This document shows positions 1-4,008 of a DNA stretch of 14,280 bases, piece by piece; position 1 is the first letter of the stretch; the number at the start of each line of letters is the position of its first letter. The stretch is from Candidatus Heimdallarchaeota archaeon (GTDB lineage: Archaea > Asgardarchaeota > Heimdallarchaeia > Hodarchaeales > Hodarchaeaceae): the NCBI GenBank assembly GCA_019057635.1, contig DXJL01000117.1:1-14280 (forward strand), given 5' to 3'. The notes beneath the pieces were generated by a model. That model searched no databases. It saw only the letters and a program-made list of their open reading frames with translations, and was not told the DNA's origin. The translations under genes were made by a program, and so were the position numbers.

Positions 1-119
1 AATTGAGACAATTGATACATCATTCCTGTCTTGAAATCTTCTCTGTTATCTTCGAAGCATTTGGAACAGCACATATCTCCAAGCCTGATTTTCTTACCAC
101 AGTAGGGACATGTTGTCAT
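1..119 (-). CDS. Small zinc-ribbon protein, partial (runs off the left edge; not in the ORF track)
   Basis: Manual translation from ATG at 119: MTTCPYCGKKIRLGDMCCSKCFEDNREDFKTGMMYQLSQ..., with CPYC and CSKC pairs. It starts 1 nt after the TAA of the 121..387 ORF, with GAGGG upstream. Confidence 0.7.
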   Translation of the reverse strand, partial: MTTCPYCGKKIRLGDMCCSKCFEDNREDFKTGMMYQLSQ

Positions 120-120
120 G

Positions 121-387
121 TTATTCCCTCCATAAGTGGATATTCTTGTCAGCGTCGATATGTATGACTGCGTGATTGTTCACGAAATCAGCTTTGTCTT
201 GATTCATCATAACATCCATTTCGATTTCAGGTATCTCTTTGATTGTAGTCATCTCGTGGTATCTCGAAATTGTAAAGTATCCTTTTGGATCGACACCAAC
301 AGCGTAAATGTAGTCGTGCATCTCTTCTTGTCGTAGTATGAATTGTTGTAAGATTTCATACTCGTCGTTTGTTATTTGTTTCATCAT
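121..387 (-). CDS. Hypothetical protein, 88 aa
   Basis: Perfect GGAGGTGA ribosome-binding site (398..405, - strand) upstream, protein-like composition, coupled to the next ORF. Confidence 0.8.
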   Translation of the reverse strand: MMKQITNDEYEILQQFILRQEEMHDYIYAVGVDPKGYFTISRYHEMTTIKEIPEIEMDVMMNQDKADFVNNHAVIHIDADKNIHLWRE

Positions 388-445
388 CTTTTGTAATTCA
401 CCTCCGTTTGTTTTTTAATCACAATCCGATGATCGAACAAGCCAG

Positions 446-451
446 TTTAAA
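446..451 (-). promoter_or_regulatory. Possible TATA-like box (TTTAAA) for the 387/119 ORFs
   Basis: TTTAAA in the intergenic gap about 40 nt upstream of the RBS, downstream of an oligo-T tract and of a TCGGAGTAC repeat copy. Confidence 0.3.
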
Positions 452-506
452 CCAGCGATTTGTTCGTTGTTTTTCGGAGTACGATAAAAGTCGTGTTGTT
501 CTGTTC

Positions 507-515
507 AAAAAAAAA
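507..515 (-). terminator. Oligo-T (T9) tract, candidate archaeal-type terminator
   Basis: Nine A on the + strand, about 50 nt downstream of the stop of the 567..830 ORF. Confidence 0.4.
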
Positions 516-566
516 GTAATGTTAGAGAATCCATTTTGTTTCAGATTCCCTAACAATATTCTTAAA

Positions 567-830
567 CTAAACAACATCATCGCAAGTTTTGTTTTCTCTT
601 TGATCACAATCGTTCTTTTGTGGACAATCATCGCAAAGTTCCATCGTCATCATCTTGTTCATAAAATCGGCTGTTTGAATCATAGCGTCCAACTCGTTGA
701 GGACATCTTTATGTCCTTGTTGGATTGAATGAAGTGTTGTAATGAATGAATGTTGTAATCTAAAATTGATGTAGCCTTCGAAATGCTTGTTTCCGAACTC
801 TCGTTTCGGATCTTCCAAAATTAGCACCAT
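567..830 (-). CDS. Hypothetical protein, 87 aa, with C-terminal Cys cluster (C-x2-C-x5-C-x7-C)
   Basis: GGAGGTGA RBS at 840..847 (- strand). C-terminus LCDDCPQKNDCDQRENKTC suggests metal binding. Confidence 0.8.
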   Translation of the reverse strand: MVLILEDPKREFGNKHFEGYINFRLQHSFITTLHSIQQGHKDVLNELDAMIQTADFMNKMMTMELCDDCPQKNDCDQRENKTCDDVV

Positions 831-835
831 TTTTG

Positions 836-1084
836 TTATTCACCTCCTTTTGTTGCTTTTTTTACTTTGGCTAATAATCTAGCCCTGTCGGATATTCTAC
901 CGTTGTCGTCTTCTTGTTCGTATTTAGGATTGTTCATTCTACTCTTGTTGCCTGAATGATATTGTCTCGTATGATTGATACCATAGTTCTCGCCTTTGTC
1001 GTTTTGATGATGTCTTCTGAATTTCTTGTTATCATCTCTCACTCTTGTACTTCTAGTAATCGTTGTCATCCTCCGCTTTGTCAT
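836..1084 (-). CDS. Basic, low-complexity hypothetical protein, 82 aa (start uncertain)
   Basis: Fills the gap between coupled ORFs and its stop abuts the next RBS. An alternative reading as two 33-aa ORFs (934..1035 and 836..937) also fits. Confidence 0.45.
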   Translation of the reverse strand: MTKRRMTTITRSTRVRDDNKKFRRHHQNDKGENYGINHTRQYHSGNKSRMNNPKYEQEDDNGRISDRARLLAKVKKATKGGE

Positions 1085-1220
1085 ATTCGAAGACCTTGGC
1101 CTTCTTTATTGCTTGTCCTATTTCTGCTGTTATTGCTAGGTCTTCTGTCCTAGTTAAGGGCTGTCTCTTTTTCATCTTGTCGTATAGATCGTTCATGGCT
1201 TCTTGAGCTGTTCTCTTCAT
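1053..1220 (-). CDS. Small hypothetical protein, 55 aa (not in the ORF track)
   Basis: Manual translation MKRTAQEAMNDLYDKMKKRQPLTRTEDLAITAEIGQAIKKAKVFEYDKAEDDNDY*. AGGAGGT RBS 7 nt upstream, directly after the stop of 1226..1483. Confidence 0.75.
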   Translation of the reverse strand: MKRTAQEAMNDLYDKMKKRQPLTRTEDLAITAEIGQAIKKAKVFEYDKAEDDNDY

Positions 1221-1225
1221 CTTGT

Positions 1226-1483
1226 TTACCTCCTAAATGCTGGCTTGATTATAGTCCAATATTCATCTAGCGCTTGGTATGCTTTTTGAATTTGTTCTAG
1301 CTCTTCTTGGAATAGTTCTTTCATGTGATTATCTAATAACATTCGTATATCTCCAAGACAATCGTTCAAAAACGACAAAATATGATGATAATCTTGTTCT
1401 TGATCTGCTTTGTTGAGACGAGACATGTTCTCTTTCAAGCTTACAATCAAATCATCACAACTGATTCTTGATGTATTTATCAT
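1226..1483 (-). CDS. Hypothetical alpha-helical protein, 85 aa, first gene of the leftward cluster
   Basis: AGGAGG RBS upstream, amphipathic helical pattern, TATA-like box upstream. Confidence 0.8.
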   Translation of the reverse strand: MINTSRISCDDLIVSLKENMSRLNKADQEQDYHHILSFLNDCLGDIRMLLDNHMKELFQEELEQIQKAYQALDEYWTIIKPAFRR

Positions 1484-1562
1484 ATTGTTTTCCTCCTATT
1501 GTTATTTTGATTTTGTTTGTATTTTATTTTATTGTACTACATAGTACCTATAGCAATCATCC

Positions 1563-1584
1563 TATTTAAATCTTTGCTTTTTTT
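1563..1584 (-). promoter_or_regulatory. Archaeal-type promoter (purine-rich BRE-like tract plus TTTAAATA) for the leftward cluster
   Basis: The - strand reads AAAAAAAGCAAAGA-TTTAAATA, with the box at 1563..1570, upstream of ORF 1483. Confidence 0.55.
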
Positions 1585-1603
1585 GACAATGTACTTAGTA
1601 CAA

Positions 1604-1852
1604 GTCGGAGTGATGTAAATATAGGGACATGATGTTCGAAAATTTCGAAACATTATAAGAAAATGTGTTGTTAAGGGTTAGCGTCCAATCTTTCTTCACG
1701 CTATGTTCTTCGGAGTACGACAAAGAATCTGATGTTATGTTCGAGCTTTTGTAACATCGTCGCGCCTCACAATATTCGGAGTACAACAAACGACCTTACA
1801 ATAAGAAATATAACAAGAATTCGGAGTGACAAAAGTCGGAGTACAATAGAAA
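1604..1852 (+). repeat. Five dispersed direct repeats of TCGGAGT(AC/GA), plus a sixth copy at 474
   Basis: TCGGAGT begins at 1605, 1710, 1776, 1821, 1836 and 474, all in the same orientation. 468..488 and 1704..1724 match at 19/21 nt. Confidence 0.85.
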
Positions 1853-1877
1853 ACGAGCCAAGATTTTTTTTGTACAC

Positions 1878-1905
1878 AAAATCTTTTGGTGTGCAAAAAT
1901 TTATT
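1878..1905. repeat. Left arm of an imperfect 28-bp inverted repeat (partner 2681..2707)
   Basis: AAAATCTTTTGGTGTGCAAAAATTTATT versus the reverse complement of 2681..2707, AAAATCTTTTG-TGTGCTAAAATCTATT (25/28 identical). Confidence 0.6.
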
Positions 1906-1922
1906 TTTGTGTTCAAAATTAC

Positions 1923-1931
1923 AAAAAAAAA
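1923..1931 (-). terminator. Oligo-T (T9) tract downstream of the 139-aa gene
   Basis: Nine A on the + strand, about 60 nt past the stop at 1993. Confidence 0.4.
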
Positions 1932-1953
1932 GATAACAAAATTATTTAGATTG

Positions 1954-2507
1954 TGATCATTTTCGATCACTAGTTTGATCATTCTCGATCATTCAATCAG
2001 CTAAATCGATCAGATATTTGATCAATTTCGCGTCAGTCGAGGCTAAGATCAGTAATGATTTTATCGAAAAACGATAATTCGATTGATCATTCTTGATCAT
2101 ACTCCTAGTGATTTTCTTACTTTCGAATGTAGATTTTAGATCATCCCATTTCGAAATAATGAAATCACGAAGATCATTTTCAGACATTTTAGTATCGAAT
2201 TCGATCTCATTAATGATCATAATTCCTACTAGCGTGATCTGATCTGATAGCTTCGATGAATCAATTGATACATACAATTTTCGAATTTGAGCGTCTTTAT
2301 AGCCGATCTTGATCATATAATTGATCAATTTCAGCTGACGATCTCTCGAAAATGATATCCAAGTAGCTTTTTGCGAGCTACCGTTGATCAATTTCTCATA
2401 TTTTGATGCCATTTATCGATCATCTCTATGTTCTTTTTTAATCATTTGATAGCGCTTTTCGCTAGCTCGTTGATCATTTTCGATCATCAAAAGATCAAGA
2501 TCGATCA
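1954..2507. repeat. GATC-dense island (26 GATC, 10 of them TGATCA)
   Basis: GATC starts at 1955, 1965, 1977, 1987, 2008, 2020, 2047, 2085, 2095, 2139, 2172, 2203, 2215, 2236, 2241, 2305, 2311, 2323, 2340, 2386, 2418, 2472, 2482, 2493, 2499, 2503 (manual count). Confidence 0.95.
1993..2412 (-). CDS. Orphan protein, 139 aa, encoded inside the GATC island
   Basis: Longest ORF of the control region. GAGATGA RBS-like site upstream, its own BRE/TATA-like promoter, and a T9 tract downstream. No recognisable motif. Confidence 0.65.
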   Translation of the reverse strand: MASKYEKLINGSSQKATWISFSRDRQLKLINYMIKIGYKDAQIRKLYVSIDSSKLSDQITLVGIMIINEIEFDTKMSENDLRDFIISKWDDLKSTFESKKITRSMIKNDQSNYRFSIKSLLILASTDAKLIKYLIDLAD

Positions 2508-2555
2508 CAAGAAGTCTATTTACTATCATCTCACTACAGTAGTACCGTTCATACA

Positions 2556-2570
2556 ATATATATTTATCGC
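2556..2570 (-). promoter_or_regulatory. Archaeal-type promoter (BRE-like GCGATAA plus ATATATAT) for the 139-aa gene
   Basis: The - strand reads GCGATAA-ATATATAT, immediately next to the 31-bp repeat array. Confidence 0.5.
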
Positions 2571-2646
2571 TTATATTTTATAAGCAAAATGATGATTTTA
2601 CTTATATTTTATAAGTAAAAATAGATATTTACTTATAATTTATAAG
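2570..2646. repeat. Three palindromes CTTATA-N3-TATAAG at an exact 31-bp period
   Basis: Cores at 2570..2584, 2601..2615 and 2632..2646. The middle copy extends to 11-bp arms (2596..2620). Confidence 0.92.
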
Positions 2647-2680
2647 CCCCAATTCATATCCTAGTGCTAGTAGGGATTAC

Positions 2681-2707
2681 AATAGATTTTAGCACACAAA
2701 AGATTTT
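2681..2707. repeat. Right arm of the imperfect inverted repeat (partner 1878..1905)
   Basis: AATAGATTTTAGCACACAAAAGATTTT. It is followed by the near-perfect palindrome TTGTAACAAAGAATTCTTTTGTTACAA (2711..2737). Confidence 0.6.
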
Positions 2708-2794
2708 TTTTTGTAACAAAGAATTCTTTTGTTACAACAAATTTAGGCGAGTCGTGCTGAACCTACACACAAAATATATTTTTGAACACACAAT

Positions 2795-2816
2795 TTCAGA
2801 CTTTTATGAATCTGAA
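2795..2816. promoter_or_regulatory. Candidate operator TTCAGA-N10-TCTGAA, copy 1
   Basis: TTCAGA CTTTTATGAA TCTGAA. Arms extend to 9 bp (2792..2819). Same arms and spacing as 3528..3549. Confidence 0.55.
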
Positions 2817-2983
2817 ATTTATTTCAAATTCTTAATAACCCCCTAGTATATACCCCATCATACGAATATGAAACTTATACTTTCGCTTCTTCTCATACCC
2901 TGTTCGTTTCGTATATAAAGAGAAGTAGTGATAGCACGATAGTCAAAAATCACTCAATGCTATCATCAAAAATCGAAGAATAT

Positions 2984-3325
2984 TCACAACTTTTTGGCCA
3001 CAAATATCCGTAATAATCGCATTAAGAAGTCGTAAAATCCCTTATTTGACGGCTTTTTGTAGGTATTTTTGAAGTTTGCTTCTAAAACTTCTAACATTCG
3101 TAGGAATTTCTGCGGTTCCATATCGTTTTTAAGTAAAACCTCGTGCGGTTTGAAAGGAAACAATCTCAAGAAACCCTTACTGAATTTAGGTTCAGAAATC
3201 CCAGTAGCGATGCACGAGGACATAAAACCCTTAATCGCAGCTTGCATAGAAATCTCACTGTCCTCACACCACCCCTTAAATCGAGCGTGTAAGTCGTCAT
3301 CTACTCTCGTAATTAACTGTTTCAT
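2984..3325 (-). CDS. Ribbon-helix-helix (Arc/ParG-like) DNA-binding protein with a C-terminal extension, 113 aa
   Basis: N-terminus MKQLITRVDDDLHARFKGWCEDSEISMQAAIKGFMSSCI fits the RHH strand-helix-helix pattern. I prefer ATG 3325 over TTG 3361 because it overlaps the upstream stop (ATGA). Confidence 0.75.
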   Translation of the reverse strand: MKQLITRVDDDLHARFKGWCEDSEISMQAAIKGFMSSCIATGISEPKFSKGFLRLFPFKPHEVLLKNDMEPQKFLRMLEVLEANFKNTYKKPSNKGFYDFLMRLLRIFVAKKL

Positions 3326-3468
3326 CCTTCGTAATTCATCTCCACATACTTTCTTATCCAAAATCTAATGATCGTTGCCATTTTGGTATCGTCGTCAATG
3401 ATCATCTTTCGAAACTTTTTATAAAGTTCTTGGTCTAGCTCTATACAAATCCTTTTCATAACTTTCAT
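3322..3468 (-). CDS. Small ribbon-helix-helix protein, 48 aa (not in the ORF track)
   Basis: Manual translation MKVMKRICIELDQELYKKFRKMIIDDDTKMATIIRFWIRKYVEMNYEG*. RBS AAGGTGA 4 nt before ATG, and ATGA coupling to the next RHH gene. Confidence 0.82.
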   Translation of the reverse strand: MKVMKRICIELDQELYKKFRKMIIDDDTKMATIIRFWIRKYVEMNYEG

Positions 3469-3527
3469 TTAATCACCTTTTTTTAACTTTACACCACCCA
3501 TACATTACATAAATTTAAACATGTACC

Positions 3528-3549
3528 TTCAGAATTTTAAAACTCTGAA
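3528..3549. promoter_or_regulatory. Candidate operator TTCAGA-N10-TCTGAA, copy 2, between divergent promoters
   Basis: TTCAGAATTTTAAAACTCTGAA is a 22-bp palindrome with one mismatched pair. It lies between a leftward TTTAAATT (about 3512..3519) and a rightward TTTATAAA (3558..3565). Confidence 0.6.
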
Positions 3550-3557
3550 ACATAACC

Positions 3558-3565
3558 TTTATAAA
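3558..3565 (+). promoter_or_regulatory. TATA box (TTTATAAA) for the packaging operon, probably leaderless mRNA
   Basis: The box ends 26 nt before the terS ATG, which has no Shine-Dalgarno site. This is the usual geometry of archaeal leaderless transcripts. Confidence 0.6.
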
Positions 3566-3591
3566 CTTTAACAATATTCATTAGTATAGAT

Positions 3592-4008
3592 ATGGAAGAA
3601 AATAACTCTATTGTTGAACAGGAAAAGAAATACCCATTGGTCAAAGAAGAACAAGAGCGCACTCTCTTTCACGAAATAGCTATCGCTATGGACAAAGGAT
3701 ACAAGAGAGTCGAGAAGGTCATAGAAAGACTAGCTCACGACACCCGCACAGAACAACTTAAGGACGACGAAGGCACAAGAATCGGACAAAGAACCCACAT
3801 TCATCCTCAATTGCTAAAGTGGATTACTGAAGCAAGACATTACGAAAACGACATGTGGAAACTGGGCGGAGGCGAGATTGCGCAAGAGGCTCAAAAGAAG
3901 CAACTAGAAATTAAAGCCAAATTAATTATGAAACTTTTGGCGGCTGACCCTGATAAAAGAGAAGAGATGGTTGAAAAGTGGAAGCTATCAAAGAGCTACA
4001 AGATATAG
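3592..4008 (+). CDS. terS: Putative terminase small subunit, 138 aa
   Basis: Directly upstream of and overlapping terL. Helical, with a HPQLLKW...WKLG segment reminiscent of TerS oligomerisation helices. The call is mainly positional. Confidence 0.65.
   Translation: MEENNSIVEQEKKYPLVKEEQERTLFHEIAIAMDKGYKRVEKVIERLAHDTRTEQLKDDEGTRIGQRTHIHPQLLKWITEARHYENDMWKLGGGEIAQEAQKKQLEIKAKLIMKLLAADPDKREEMVEKWKLSKSYKI

Noticed and set aside
136-1153. + strand ORFs 136..336, 369..728, 956..1153 and - strand ORF 419..631
   Set aside because: Antisense or alternate-frame shadows of RBS-supported - strand genes. 419..631 crosses the T9 tract and the putative promoter.
1604-1852. TCGGAGTAC repeats as a mini-CRISPR array
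   Set aside because: The conserved core is only 7-17 nt and spacing is irregular (105, 66, 45, 15 nt), unlike CRISPR repeat-spacer geometry.
1595-1982. ORFs 1595..1789, 1732..1956 and 1767..1982
   Set aside because: No RBS, mutually overlapping, and their composition reflects the repeats and homopolymer runs.
2570-2646. 31-bp array as CRISPR
   Set aside because: The 15-nt repeats have 16-nt intervening sequences that resemble each other, so this is a tandem repeat without unique spacers.
2929-2965. TGATAGCA...TGCTATCA inverted repeat as a terminator for the RHH pair
   Set aside because: 8-bp arms with a 21-nt loop and no adjacent long T tract. Too weak to call.
1490-2980. tRNA or known structured ncRNA in the control region
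   Set aside because: No cloverleaf or T-loop context seen and the hairpins are AT-rich. A covariance-model search would be needed to exclude it fully.
3326-3361. TTG 3361 as start of the larger RHH gene
   Set aside because: It lies inside the 48-aa RHH gene. ATG 3325 overlaps that gene's stop and begins at the RHH beta-strand.
2664-3368. + strand ORFs 2664..2846 and 3069..3368
   Set aside because: The first runs through hairpins and T runs without an RBS. The second is antisense to the RHH gene.
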